Source of the DNA: an uncultured virus (IMG/VR IMGVR_UViG_3300024359_000004)
Lineage: Duplodnaviria; Heunggongvirae; Uroviricota; Caudoviricetes
IMG/VR virus record: IMGVR_UViG_3300024359_000004
Direction: 5' to 3' (one strand)
Length of the DNA stretch: 64,000 bases
Positions 30,834-41,013 of this stretch are shown piece after piece. The notes under the pieces were generated by a model. The model ran no database searches, was not told the origin of the DNA, and saw only the letters and a program-made list of their open reading frames with translations. The translations under genes and the position numbers were made by a program. The first letter of the stretch is position 1. Every line of letters starts with the position of its first letter.

Positions 30834-30867
30834 AAAAAAAGGGAAATCTTTCGAAATCCCCTCTTTT
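30834..30867 (-). terminator. Putative intrinsic terminator after nrdA
   Basis: GGGATTTC-GAAA-GATTTCCC imperfect stem followed by T7 on the minus strand. Confidence 0.55.
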
Positions 30868-30883
30868 ATTATCTTAATAACAT

Positions 30884-33052
30884 CTACGCAGAGCATCCAC
30901 CACCCGCACAGTCGAACATTGAGTTCTCTGGTTTCTTAACAATATTAACTTTTGCATTATCAGAAGCTGATAGTTTCTTATTCTTACCTAATTTGGATTC
31001 GGTTCTGGTATAATAAGCACCAGTCTTAAGTCCGTTTTTCCAAGCGAATACTAAAGCACTAGATATCTTACTGTATTTAGCATCTCTATGATAAACATTC
31101 ATACTTTGGGATTGGTCTACGAATTTATTTCTAATAATAGCCAAATCTAACAAAACTTTTTGTGGTATTTCCCAAACTGTTTTATATCTATACCTAATAT
31201 CTTGTGGTATTTCTTGTATTTCTTGCACACTACCTTCATTTGCGATAATTTGGTCTCTAATATCTGCTGTCCAAAGACCTAATTCATCTAATTCTCTAGC
31301 TAAGTATTTATTTACCACAATAAACTCACCATCACCAACCATTCTTGTGAATATATTAGATGTTACAGGTTCAAAACATTCAAAAGAACCTAAAAGTATA
31401 GCACTTGATGCCGTAGGCATTAAACCAATTAAAAGAGAATTTCTCATAGGAATTGGTACACCTTTTTCCATTGGAGACCATCCATCAACATATGTTTCAC
31501 CTTTAGAATACTTAGAACCTTCCCATGCTGGGTAGTTTTTACCTTCTTCCATGGCTAATTCCATACTTTCTTCAACAGCAGCCTTATACATTGTTTCAAA
31601 TATGTCATGATTCCATTGTTTAGCCTCTTCACTTTCAAAAGAAATCTTTTTCTTAGCAAAGAAATCTGCTAAACCAGCAACACCGACAGCAATTGCTCTT
31701 TGGTCTTCACCAGCTTTCTTACTCCAATCATCTGACCATTTATTATTATCAATAACTTTATTTAATGCTCTTACTAAAACCTTAACAGATTTAGCAATAC
31801 TCTTTAAAGAATCATGTTCAGCTAAATTAACTGATGCAAGTGTACATTGAGGTGTATACCCTGGTAAACTTGCTTGCATGATTTCAATACATAAATTACT
31901 TTGGTTGATAATACCGATATTATCTTGCATATTAATTTTATTAGCATTGTCTTTAAAGAAAACGTATGGTGTTCCACTCTCTACTTGAGAGCGAATAATA
32001 GAATCCCAAATCTTTTTAGGGTCAACTTCTTCACCCAACCCTAACATTACTGCTTCATTATAAACTTCTTTAAATTCTTCACCATGAATTTCATAAAATG
32101 GTTTTAATCCCGCTTTTTTAATGTCGTTAGGACAAAATAAGTAGTATTTATTACCATTTATTAAAGCATTCATGAATACATCATCTATGGTTACAGCAGT
32201 AAATAAATCTCTAGCTCTATTTAATTCTTCACCAATAGGTAGTCTTAACTCTAAGAATGGTAAAATATCTTTATGCCATGTCGATAGATATAAAGCACAA
32301 CTACCTGACCTATTACCTTGCTTAAAGAATCTCATTTTAGATTGTACCATATCTGCAAATCTAACAACACCACCAGCATAACCTTTAAAACTACTTACCA
32401 TGCTCTTAGAGCTCCTAAGTCTATCAATACAAAGACCAATACCAGAACCTTCTTTAGAACCATGAGCAATCTTATCTAGAGTAGCGTTAATACCTTCAAT
32501 ACTATCATCCATTAATGTAGTTAAATTACAACTAATTAAACCATTTCTACCTTCAATACCAGAGTTTGATAAAATAGGTGTAGCAAAATTAACTTTTTTT
32601 TCGTATAGTTCATTAAGTAACTTTCTTCTTTCTTTAAAAGAATCTGGATATAAATGGTTTGCCACTCTACCGTGCATCATAGAGGGGATTTCAATAGGTT
32701 TTTTATCTTGATTTTTTTGGGAGTATTTTGTTAAAAATGTAGAAGCAGCAAAAGAGTCAAATTTTTCATCAACTTCTTTTGTTTCCACTTCAAGTATCTT
32801 AGCTTGTCTAGAGATAAGTATTCTACCACCCAATATAGCGTAATCTGGATGTTCAATCTGTAAATCAGCAGATTGGAACGCTATAATCTCATCGATATCT
32901 GTAGCGGTCATCTCATCCTTAATATGTGGGACAACTTTTTGAAACAATTTATCAGCCTTAATATTTAAATCTTTAGATTGTTGTTTAATCCTAGTCAATA
33001 TTTTATTAGGCATAAACGATTGTTTCGAGCCATCTCTTTTTATAATTTTCAT
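30884..33052 (-). CDS. nrdA: Ribonucleoside-diphosphate reductase class Ia alpha subunit with ATP cone
   Basis: N-terminal IIKRDG ATP cone, LISCNL, SNLCIEI, CTLASVNL, MPTASS, DQSQSMN, KTGAYY and a C-terminal Cys pair. Confidence 0.97.
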   Translation of the reverse strand: MKIIKRDGSKQSFMPNKILTRIKQQSKDLNIKADKLFQKVVPHIKDEMTATDIDEIIAFQSADLQIEHPDYAILGGRILISRQAKILEVETKEVDEKFDSFAASTFLTKYSQKNQDKKPIEIPSMMHGRVANHLYPDSFKERRKLLNELYEKKVNFATPILSNSGIEGRNGLISCNLTTLMDDSIEGINATLDKIAHGSKEGSGIGLCIDRLRSSKSMVSSFKGYAGGVVRFADMVQSKMRFFKQGNRSGSCALYLSTWHKDILPFLELRLPIGEELNRARDLFTAVTIDDVFMNALINGNKYYLFCPNDIKKAGLKPFYEIHGEEFKEVYNEAVMLGLGEEVDPKKIWDSIIRSQVESGTPYVFFKDNANKINMQDNIGIINQSNLCIEIMQASLPGYTPQCTLASVNLAEHDSLKSIAKSVKVLVRALNKVIDNNKWSDDWSKKAGEDQRAIAVGVAGLADFFAKKKISFESEEAKQWNHDIFETMYKAAVEESMELAMEEGKNYPAWEGSKYSKGETYVDGWSPMEKGVPIPMRNSLLIGLMPTASSAILLGSFECFEPVTSNIFTRMVGDGEFIVVNKYLARELDELGLWTADIRDQIIANEGSVQEIQEIPQDIRYRYKTVWEIPQKVLLDLAIIRNKFVDQSQSMNVYHRDAKYSKISSALVFAWKNGLKTGAYYTRTESKLGKNKKLSASDNAKVNIVKKPENSMFDCAGGGCSA

Positions 33053-33081
33053 AAATTTATTTTTTTTGTATTAGTTACTAA

Positions 33082-34041
33082 TTAAAAATCTGCATCATCA
33101 AAAATACCTACATTACTAGTAGGGATATCAACTCTAGTGTATCCACCACCAGTTCTTCTTTCGAAGAAATTGTTTTTAGATGATAACCCAATCTTTTTCA
33201 TAAAATCAAGTGGGTTTTTAGTTTTAAATTCTGTTTCACCAACAAAATCATTTAAAACAACATCAGTTACGAATTCAACATACTCAACCATCATTTCTTT
33301 TGTCATACCTTGTAAACCGTCTGGTAGACTTTCCTCAACAAATTTCTTTTCAGTATCAAAACAAGAAAGAATTACCTCTCTTATTCTATCTTCAGATGGT
33401 TTATATTCATCCTTAATATAGTTTTTAAACATTTGTACTGCGAATTCATAATGAAATGATTCATCTCTAAGGATAAGTTCATTCATTTCAGCTAATCCTG
33501 GCATCTTGTTTCTGCTTCTAAACCAGAATACCCCAGCAAAAACTGATGAAAATGCAATACCCTCAACGCAAGCAAAAGCGATTAGTTTTTCAACAAATGT
33601 ACCATTATTTAACCAATTCTCAGCCCAAGCTGCTTTAGATTTAACCGCATCGTTTGTTAACATTGAATTAAATAAGTCTGATTTTTCATTAGGGTCTTTA
33701 ATATATGTGTCAATTAATAATGAGTATCCATTAGCGTGTACTTGTTCCATGAACATCTGGTGGTTATAATAATATTTAGCTTCTGCTATTTCAACATTAT
33801 CAATAACGTTATCACATAGGTTGTCAATAACTAACCCATCCGATATTGTAAAAAATGCTAAGATGTTTTTTAAATAAAACTTCTCGTCATCGTTTAATGA
33901 TTCGTAATCATCTTGAGCTAAATTAACTTCTTCAGCTACCCAAGTTTGTTTTTCAGCTGCCTTGTAGGCATCCCATAAGTCTTGGTTCTTAATTGGGAAG
34001 ATAGAATATCTTTTTTCTGTGTCTGAATTTTTTAAATACAT
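33082..34041 (-). CDS. nrdB: Ribonucleoside-diphosphate reductase class Ia beta subunit
   Basis: Diiron ligands and radical Tyr in AFFTISDG, EQVHANGY, VEGIAF and RDESFH. Also NFFERR. Confidence 0.97.
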   Translation of the reverse strand: MYLKNSDTEKRYSIFPIKNQDLWDAYKAAEKQTWVAEEVNLAQDDYESLNDDEKFYLKNILAFFTISDGLVIDNLCDNVIDNVEIAEAKYYYNHQMFMEQVHANGYSLLIDTYIKDPNEKSDLFNSMLTNDAVKSKAAWAENWLNNGTFVEKLIAFACVEGIAFSSVFAGVFWFRSRNKMPGLAEMNELILRDESFHYEFAVQMFKNYIKDEYKPSEDRIREVILSCFDTEKKFVEESLPDGLQGMTKEMMVEYVEFVTDVVLNDFVGETEFKTKNPLDFMKKIGLSSKNNFFERRTGGGYTRVDIPTSNVGIFDDADF

Positions 34042-34062
34042 ATTTTTTTTAAAAATTAAAAT

Positions 34063-35490
34063 TTAATTATTATTTTCTGTGTCGCCACTTTGTCTATTAA
34101 GCATTGCTAATCTCATAGTGTTTGCTCTTTCATTTTCTCTCTTTTCTTTCATTTCATTGGTTTGTAAGAATGTCATACCTTGGTCTCCACCTTCGGTCAT
34201 GTCAATCTTTATTCTACCATTATCAAAAACAATATCTTCGAATACAATACCATCCTTACCAAATCTAGATTTAAGAATAGCCATATTAGCATGACCACTT
34301 TCTTTTTGGTCTAATGACTTAGCAATAGAAACAATGAAGTGTCCAATTTGACCCTTTTTGATAGAACCACCAATCATTGTTGAGTCAACTGTTTCGGCAT
34401 TAATAGCACTCCTATTACCTTGTACCGCTGTCCATCCAGCAAGATTTAATTCAGCTAACATAGTTTCAAATTGTCTCATAACATTACCTTCACCACTCCA
34501 CTCATCATTAAATGATTTTGTTGGTACAACACAATCAATATAATCAACCAACACAATATCTGGTCTAAAACCTTGTGAAATTAATTTTTTAATATATTGC
34601 TTTATGTGTGGTATTGTAGTACCATCACTTGGGAACTTTTTCAACTTAATAACACCTGGTTGTTCTTTCCTTCGTTTAGCGATATCAAAAACATAATCAC
34701 TATTCTCAGATAAATCATTAAGTGTTATATCGGTATCTGGTTCTAAGTTGGCCCAACATGTAATATGTTTCCTTTGTATTACCTTTGGGTTGTCTTCGAA
34801 AAATATCTGTAAAACGTTTTGTCCTACGTTCTTAGCATGATTTGCTATCTTTGTGAACATTGTTGTCTTACCAACACCAAAAGCTGCTAAAATAACAGCT
34901 AATTCACCTTTAGATAGTCCACCATCCATGTATGAATCAAGACCATTAATACCAGTCGGGATTGGTTTTCTAAAGTCTTCAGATAAAACATCTTCTAAAT
35001 CATCGAAAACATCAATACCATCATCCTTATTCTCACCAACCTCTAAGGCTTTCTTAAGAATCTCTTCACACTTAATATAGTCATCTAAATCACCCTTATC
35101 AATAATCTTCTGAATCTCAACAACAGATTTTTTAAGTTCCTGTTGTTTACAGAATTTCATTGCGGTGTCTTGTATCCTTAAACCATTATTAAGATTAGCA
35201 TTTTTAACCATATCTAAATGGTCTAAATACATCTTCTTATCTATATCATCATTAGCGTTAGCTAATACAATTGATTCTAAATTTACAATGTCTGGAATTG
35301 TACCATACTCATCATAATTATTAATGATTTCACTAGATAAAGCTCTTAAAAAACTATCATCAAAATAATTAGGTTTTAGTATATCAACAATAGACTCACC
35401 AAACTTTGGGTCAACAATGATTTGTTGTATAAGTCTGTATTGAAAGTCCTTACCTAAATAACCTAAATTTTCTTTATCTATTTTACTCAT
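34063..35490 (-). CDS. Replicative DnaB-like (SF4, gp41-like) helicase
   Basis: IPTGINGLD, Walker A AAFGVGKT, VLVDYID, WTAVQGNR and ILKSRFG. Confidence 0.93.
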   Translation of the reverse strand: MSKIDKENLGYLGKDFQYRLIQQIIVDPKFGESIVDILKPNYFDDSFLRALSSEIINNYDEYGTIPDIVNLESIVLANANDDIDKKMYLDHLDMVKNANLNNGLRIQDTAMKFCKQQELKKSVVEIQKIIDKGDLDDYIKCEEILKKALEVGENKDDGIDVFDDLEDVLSEDFRKPIPTGINGLDSYMDGGLSKGELAVILAAFGVGKTTMFTKIANHAKNVGQNVLQIFFEDNPKVIQRKHITCWANLEPDTDITLNDLSENSDYVFDIAKRRKEQPGVIKLKKFPSDGTTIPHIKQYIKKLISQGFRPDIVLVDYIDCVVPTKSFNDEWSGEGNVMRQFETMLAELNLAGWTAVQGNRSAINAETVDSTMIGGSIKKGQIGHFIVSIAKSLDQKESGHANMAILKSRFGKDGIVFEDIVFDNGRIKIDMTEGGDQGMTFLQTNEMKEKRENERANTMRLAMLNRQSGDTENNN

Positions 35491-35519
35491 TTTTTTAAAA
35501 CTTATATTTAATAAATATA

Positions 35520-36083
35520 TTAATCTACTTTAAAGTCAGCCTCTTCTATAACTCTTTTTAAGTCATGTTGCCCATACGTAGTTGTATAGTCATTTCTAGA
35601 AAAAGTTTTTTGAATTTCATCAATAATTTCTGGTATAATATCTCTGATATTAACCGAATATCTGACATCAGTTTGGAACCAATTTCCAGAAAACACTGAC
35701 TTAGATACAGTTTCTTTATCCACCTTAATTTCAAAAGTGAATAAATCTTCATTCTCAAAAATATCTTTTGTATCATTTTTACTAATTAAATATGGTTTAT
35801 ATTGTTTCCAACAAACCTCTTTAGATTGTTCTTTAAAGAAGCTAGGGATAATACCCATATGACCGTATGTACCATTATGAATACCAGCAATATCATCCAT
35901 TAACTCCTTCAATTCTAAAGAACCTATAACTTCATCATTATAGTTCTTAACATCGAAAAGTCTTTGACAAATAATGTGGTCACTCTCTTGCTCATTTCTT
36001 CCGTTATTAATGTATAGTACAAACTCAAACCTAAAGTTTTCCCAAAAATTCTTTCTTTTTCCTTTTTGATTTTTCATAAACAT
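35520..36083 (-). CDS. Hypothetical protein
   Basis: 187-aa ORF in the replication operon. Confidence 0.75.
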   Translation of the reverse strand: MFMKNQKGKRKNFWENFRFEFVLYINNGRNEQESDHIICQRLFDVKNYNDEVIGSLELKELMDDIAGIHNGTYGHMGIIPSFFKEQSKEVCWKQYKPYLISKNDTKDIFENEDLFTFEIKVDKETVSKSVFSGNWFQTDVRYSVNIRDIIPEIIDEIQKTFSRNDYTTTYGQHDLKRVIEEADFKVD

Positions 36084-36087
36084 AAAT

Positions 36088-37146
36088 TTAATTTAAAATT
36101 TCATTATTTTTCTTTTCCCTTTCTATTAATTTTTTAAAGGGTAAAAGATAATTATCATATCTACTTTCACCTAACATGATATCAATACCATCATCTTTAA
36201 GCATCTTGTAAACATTCTTTATACTTCTATCATCACTAAGTGGGTTATCTATAAGTTCATTTACTTCTTCAATAGCACTTTCAGTTAGAAGAGGATTTTC
36301 CAAGTCCACCAACTTTTTATTTATCTCATATAGTTGGTCACCTTGTACACCATCTGTTATTCCATTAATGATGTTTGTTAGTACCGCAAGAGGTTTCTTT
36401 TTCTCACTTAATCTAACATCTTGTAATTCTTTAGCTCTTTCAATTATTTCATATAACTCCATTTTTTTCTCAGTGATTTTTGGGAAAAATTTAATAAGGG
36501 TTCCCTCACCAAGTCGTTTAACACCTTTTATACTATCACTCACATCACCTGTAAGTATCTTAACTAATGCAACATTTTCATAATGGTATTTGAAGTATTC
36601 ATTAAAGTTCTCATGTGTTACATAAGTTTTTAAATCTAATAAGTACATTCTTACATCATTATTAACTAGTTGACATAAATCTCTATCACTTGTTACTATA
36701 GTGATTTTTTGATTTTCTTTCTTAGTTTTACAAATATAGGCAATAAAATCGTCAGCTTCAACTTTTTCATCAACTAATTGTCTAATATATAATTCTTCTA
36801 GATAATTAAATACAACTCCTCTTTGCGTAACTTCCTCTAAGTCCTCTGGTTTTGTACCATTTATATAATCCTTACCTCTACCACTCTTGTAGTCTTTGTA
36901 GATTTCCCATCTTAATTTACCAGAGAATTCTCCATCCCAAAAAACGAAAACCCTATGATAAAGATTTTCGTCTAATAATTTTCTTAATACAGTAATAAAT
37001 TGATAGATACCACCGATATGTTGGCCTTTCCTATTGTATTCGTCTCTGGCACCGATAAAGCCCCTTTTATAAAGGGCATTACCGTCTACCAATAGAACAT
37101 TTTCTGTTTGTATTACTTTACCGTTTTTTGGTGGTCTTCTTTTCAT
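36088..37146 (-). CDS. 5'-3' exonuclease / RNase H (PolI N-terminal, FEN-like)
   Basis: LLVDGN, VFWDG, YKSGR, EADDFIA, TSDRDLCQL and LTGDVSDSIKGVKRLGE (H3TH). Confidence 0.95.
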   Translation of the reverse strand: MKRRPPKNGKVIQTENVLLVDGNALYKRGFIGARDEYNRKGQHIGGIYQFITVLRKLLDENLYHRVFVFWDGEFSGKLRWEIYKDYKSGRGKDYINGTKPEDLEEVTQRGVVFNYLEELYIRQLVDEKVEADDFIAYICKTKKENQKITIVTSDRDLCQLVNNDVRMYLLDLKTYVTHENFNEYFKYHYENVALVKILTGDVSDSIKGVKRLGEGTLIKFFPKITEKKMELYEIIERAKELQDVRLSEKKKPLAVLTNIINGITDGVQGDQLYEINKKLVDLENPLLTESAIEEVNELIDNPLSDDRSIKNVYKMLKDDGIDIMLGESRYDNYLLPFKKLIEREKKNNEILN

Positions 37147-37178
37147 TCATATTAATTAGAATGTTAATAAAAATTGTA

Positions 37179-38282
37179 TTAAGCACTTGTGTCAGCCTTT
37201 TCTTCAACAACTTCTCTTTCAATTGTGAAATCAGCTGCTTCTGAATTAAGCCTAGAAAGGATATAATCCTTATGCTCTTTTTTGTAAGTATCAATTTTTC
37301 CTGGGTTCCAATATCCATGTGGTGTTGATGCTAATTTACCATGTTCTTCTACACCGTTAACTTGATTCTTTTCACATCTAACTTTAGTTTCAATACCAAA
37401 CTGGTATGTCTCACCACCAGATGTAGCTTTCAATTTAACAGTTGAGTGAGTTAAGATACCACCAAAGTGAACAATAACTCTTGGTGAATAGAAAAACGCT
37501 TCTCCACCCTTGTGTTTGATAACTGTATTTATGTTGTCTAACCAAATCTTTTGAACAACAGCAAAAGTATTAGTATACTGTTTACCCATTCTTCTAGATG
37601 CTGGTAATCTATGGTTTACCAATGATTTAAATGCAGTCTCCATAGAACCAGCATTCCATTGATTATTGCTAGATTTAGACATAACTGATTGGAATCCATT
37701 AAGTGAACCTACAGAATCCCAAAGGAAACATAAATTTCTATCTAAATCACCAACTTCTTGAGCGTCTAATAACTCAGTCATAAGTCTAGCAATGTCTTCA
37801 ATAATAGGTTCAAATCTAAGTGGTTTAGTTCCAACTTTACCATTAGAGTAATCAACATTTTGGTAACGTTTTAAAAGGTCATCACCATTTAAGAAAATAA
37901 AGTCACCTTCATAATCTATAATCTCACCAGTCTCCTCATCAACAACTTCTTCAAATTGTACCCCGATATTTCTAGCGTGCTCCCAAGACCAGTTACCTTC
38001 AGTTTCCATAATAACTGGTAAATCACCAATCTTTTGTGCTCCAGCAACAGCTTCGTAAATAGCTGTAGATTTACCTGTATTAGAATATCCTCTAAATGAT
38101 GTAAAATATCCTCTAGCTAAACCTGGAATCTTAAGTGCTTCATGAAATGATTCTGATAACGGAATCCAAGTAAGGTCTTTCTCTTTAACAGTAATGTCCA
38201 TTCCATTTGTCTTTTTAAAACTAGATAAATCAAAATTCTTTTTTTCAATACTTTTTTTAGGTGCTTTTTTAGCCATAATCAT
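37179..38282 (-). CDS. RecA/UvsX-like recombinase
   Basis: Walker A GYSNTGKS, METEG, Walker B LWDSVG, GGEAFFYSP and EKNQV. Confidence 0.88.
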   Translation of the reverse strand: MIMAKKAPKKSIEKKNFDLSSFKKTNGMDITVKEKDLTWIPLSESFHEALKIPGLARGYFTSFRGYSNTGKSTAIYEAVAGAQKIGDLPVIMETEGNWSWEHARNIGVQFEEVVDEETGEIIDYEGDFIFLNGDDLLKRYQNVDYSNGKVGTKPLRFEPIIEDIARLMTELLDAQEVGDLDRNLCFLWDSVGSLNGFQSVMSKSSNNQWNAGSMETAFKSLVNHRLPASRRMGKQYTNTFAVVQKIWLDNINTVIKHKGGEAFFYSPRVIVHFGGILTHSTVKLKATSGGETYQFGIETKVRCEKNQVNGVEEHGKLASTPHGYWNPGKIDTYKKEHKDYILSRLNSEAADFTIEREVVEEKADTSA

Positions 38283-38301
38283 ATTAATTAAATTCTTAGT
38301 T

Positions 38302-38327
38302 AAAAAAGGTGACCCAAAAGAGTCACC
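38302..38327 (-). terminator. Intrinsic terminator after the SSB gene
   Basis: GGTGACTC-TTTT-GGGTCACC followed by T6 on the minus strand. Confidence 0.75.
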
Positions 38328-38346
38328 CAGTTATAGTTTATAACCA

Positions 38347-39297
38347 TTAAAATGGTAAATCATCATCTTCTCCAGAATCATATGAAGAAGTAGTATTAGA
38401 TTCAACAACGGCTGTTGCAACGCTAGGCGCTTCAGTTGTTGTTGTATTTTCTACAGTTGTATTTCTTGTATTTGTTGTATTAACATCATTACCCATAGTT
38501 AATTCAGAGTCTAAATCATCAATCTCATTCTGATTAACTTCAGCGTTTTGTTTTTCTTTAGATACAAACTTTTCCTTTTCTTTACTCCATACTGGAGTTT
38601 CACCACCAACAACGATTGCTAGATAATCATAGTTCCTAGTGCTATAAACATCTCTCCAAGTTCTTTTATCTGAAACCAAAGAATTTTTAGTGGTCTCATC
38701 TGAACTTAGTGGTACTGACTCAATAGGGTAAGTAATTGATTGTACAACTGGTCTATTGTTCTGGTCTCTTGCGATGTTAATTAATAAATCTCTACCAGTT
38801 TCGGTGTCTGTAATATCATGTTGTACAGCCTTAATAGCTCCCATGATTTTATCCATAGTACCAGTTTTTCTGTAATCGTGGTTAAATCTCCAAAACTTAA
38901 CACCTTCAGATTCTTTGTCTCTGTCAATTACCTTAACTACATACATCATTCTAGGCGAATACTTCTTAGCTAATTCTTTATCACTTTCTTTTCCTGTAGA
39001 AAGTAATGCTTGTCTAGCCTCACAAAATGGACATGCTTCACCTTCTTCATGTTTAAGACAAGGAAATGTTTTCCACTCACCTTCAACTTGTGCTTTGTGA
39101 CCCCATAATACCGTGAAAGATGTTTCTTGACCTTCTTCTGGTGGGAGAATTCTAATTCTCTTAGTTTCTTGGTTTACACCCTTAGGTAAATAAGTACTGA
39201 AATAATTTTTCAAATCGTACTTTTTTGCAGTTGTTCTAGCCCCACCATTGTGAGAATTCTCATACTGCTTCATCATTGCTTCAAAAACGTTACTCAT
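38347..39297 (-). CDS. Single-stranded DNA-binding protein (T4 gp32-like)
   Basis: RIRILPP, H...C...CPFCE zinc site, GVKFWRF, GRDLLI and an acidic DDDLPF tail. Confidence 0.9.
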   Translation of the reverse strand: MSNVFEAMMKQYENSHNGGARTTAKKYDLKNYFSTYLPKGVNQETKRIRILPPEEGQETSFTVLWGHKAQVEGEWKTFPCLKHEEGEACPFCEARQALLSTGKESDKELAKKYSPRMMYVVKVIDRDKESEGVKFWRFNHDYRKTGTMDKIMGAIKAVQHDITDTETGRDLLINIARDQNNRPVVQSITYPIESVPLSSDETTKNSLVSDKRTWRDVYSTRNYDYLAIVVGGETPVWSKEKEKFVSKEKQNAEVNQNEIDDLDSELTMGNDVNTTNTRNTTVENTTTTEAPSVATAVVESNTTSSYDSGEDDDLPF

Positions 39298-39449
39298 AAT
39301 AATTTAATTTTAATTTTTGTTTTGTTATTTAATAATTTTTTTCGTAATAAAGCGTAATATTTATAATTTGTAATATTCGTATTAGTAATAGTTTTCGTAA
39401 TATTCTTATTAATAATATTTTTGCATTATCATGAACATTTTTGTTATCC

Positions 39450-39542
39450 CAAATATACTATAATTTTTTTAAAAGTAAAGTAGTTTTAAGATATTTTTTT
39501 ATTCTTATTTACAAAGTTAACATATACTTTAACTTAATGCAA
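39450..39542 (-). promoter_or_regulatory. Tandem Bacteroidota sigma70-type promoters upstream of the SSB/replication operon
   Basis: TTG-N20-TAACTTTG at 39542-39512 and a second TATATTTG at 39457-39450 with a weak -33 element. Confidence 0.7.
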
Positions 39543-39551
39543 CTATTATAT

Positions 39552-39587
39552 AAAAAAAAATGGGAATTATTAAATAACCCCCATTTT
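39552..39587 (-). terminator. Intrinsic terminator
   Basis: ATGGGGGTTAT-TTA-ATAATTCCCAT followed by a T run on the minus strand. Confidence 0.7.
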
Positions 39588-39612
39588 ATTATAGTTTTAT
39601 AATTATATTTAA

Positions 39613-40359
39613 TTATATCTCATCTTCAATATAATCATTATCATCTAATGATGTTTTCATATCAACTTCACTGTAATCAGAATCAACATCATCTTTAGTT
39701 AATAAATATTCTTTTGGTTCTTCTTCACCTTCTTTATCCATAATATCATACTTACCTTCTTGACTACCCCAGAAATCAGTTAATTTTAAATTATATGGAT
39801 AAGAGTCAAGTGAACGCATTTCAATCTTCTCTTCTGGAGTTGGTGCTCTTTTTTCTAATTCACCTTCTAATGATTCAATCTTATCTGAAATTGCTTCCAT
39901 TGACTGTAATTGCCCTTCAAGGTTTCCAACCATACTCATTAGTTGGTCAATCTTTTCATTTGCAGCATCCGCTGATACTTTAGCTTCTTCTGAACCCTTA
40001 ACTAATTCTGTTACGTCTAATTCAACTTCGTCACCAGATGGTTCTTCCATGTCTAATTCAACTTCGTCACCAGATGGTTCTTCCATGTCTAATTCAACTT
40101 CGTCACCAGATGGTTCTTCCATGTCTAATTCATCTTCAGGTGCTTCTTCATCACCAAACCCTAAATCTGCTTCAGGTGCTTCTTCATCAGATGGTTCTTC
40201 CATGTCTAATTCATCTTCAGGTGCTTCTTCATCTTCTTCATTCATACCTAGAATTAGATTTTCATCTTCTTCTTTATCTTCGTAGAATGAATATTCAGAT
40301 ATTAATTTAAATTTCTTAATTTCTTCATTAAGTAATTCTTTGTTTATTTTTTTTCTCAT
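39613..40359 (-). CDS. Highly acidic protein with tandem repeats and a coiled coil; possible prohead core/scaffold-like protein
   Basis: Basic leader MRKKINKELLNEEIKKFKLISEY, E/D-rich repeats and a heptad region. Confidence 0.6.
   Translation of the reverse strand: MRKKINKELLNEEIKKFKLISEYSFYEDKEEDENLILGMNEEDEEAPEDELDMEEPSDEEAPEADLGFGDEEAPEDELDMEEPSGDEVELDMEEPSGDEVELDMEEPSGDEVELDVTELVKGSEEAKVSADAANEKIDQLMSMVGNLEGQLQSMEAISDKIESLEGELEKRAPTPEEKIEMRSLDSYPYNLKLTDFWGSQEGKYDIMDKEGEEEPKEYLLTKDDVDSDYSEVDMKTSLDDNDYIEDEI
40016..40123. repeat. Three perfect 36-bp coding tandem repeats (MEEPSGDEVELD), plus degenerate copies to about 40235
   Basis: tctaattcaacttcgtcaccagatggttcttccatg repeated three times without spacers. 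Confidence 0.95.
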
Positions 40360-40378
40360 CTTTAAAAACTATTTTTAA

Positions 40379-40564
40379 TTAGAAAAGAAGTTGTCTACCA
40401 TCTTCTGTAATTATTTTTTTATTAATTCTTTCTACAAGGCTCTTATCATCTTTAATTACACATGTACCAGAACTACAATCCATTTCTTGATTTTCTAATT
40501 GTTTTTGTTTTTCCTCGTCAGTTAGAAAATTATCTAATCCTTTTTTTAAATTTTTATCATTCAT
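40379..40564 (-). CDS. Small hypothetical protein (CxxxxC motif)
   Basis: 61-aa ORF preceded by TATTTAT and an A-rich leader. Confidence 0.75.
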   Translation of the reverse strand: MNDKNLKKGLDNFLTDEEKQKQLENQEMDCSSGTCVIKDDKSLVERINKKIITEDGRQLLF

Positions 40565-40611
40565 ATCTAATAAATTTAATATATAGTTATACTAATAAAT
40601 ATATGAGAATA

Positions 40612-41013
40612 TTAAAAAATCCTCTTTATAGGGGATATGTTCAATGTATCATTACTATATAATAATACTTTACCTTGATAGTCATCCCAATTGATTTTAA
40701 CTGATTTATAATCTATATTACCCAAATAACCACCACTTTGTATTTCAATCAGCTTATTTAATGCGTTAATGGTATAGATACAATCACCTTTCTTATGGAT
40801 TGGTATTGCGCTTGGGAATAAATTTTTAAGGTTTAATTTTCTACCTTCTCTTATAACAAATTTAAATGTTACAATTAATTTTGATTCGTCATCTTCGTTT
40901 TTATATACAAAAACTCTATCTCTTGGTATTGAGAATCTATTTTCTAAGTAGTCTAAAAACCATTCAAGTCTTTCTGGAAATATAAAAGATGCTAATAATA
41001 TTGTCTTATCCAT
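40612..41013 (-). CDS. Hypothetical protein
   Basis: 133-aa ORF overlapping the upstream gene. Confidence 0.8.
   Translation of the reverse strand: MDKTILLASFIFPERLEWFLDYLENRFSIPRDRVFVYKNEDDESKLIVTFKFVIREGRKLNLKNLFPSAIPIHKKGDCIYTINALNKLIEIQSGGYLGNIDYKSVKINWDDYQGKVLLYSNDTLNISPIKRIF

Noticed and set aside
4146..33052. Stop-codon reassignment as in some large Bacteroidota phages
   Set aside because: Genes are intact under the standard code, and TAG ends nrdA right after its natural C-terminal Cys pair.
30884..38282. Inteins or introns in nrdA, nrdB, helicase or RecA
   Set aside because: The ORFs are continuous and of ordinary length, with no intein splice motifs or internal endonuclease domains seen.
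40016..40123. 36-bp repeats as a possible CRISPR array
   Set aside because: The copies are contiguous with no spacers and are in frame within a coding sequence.
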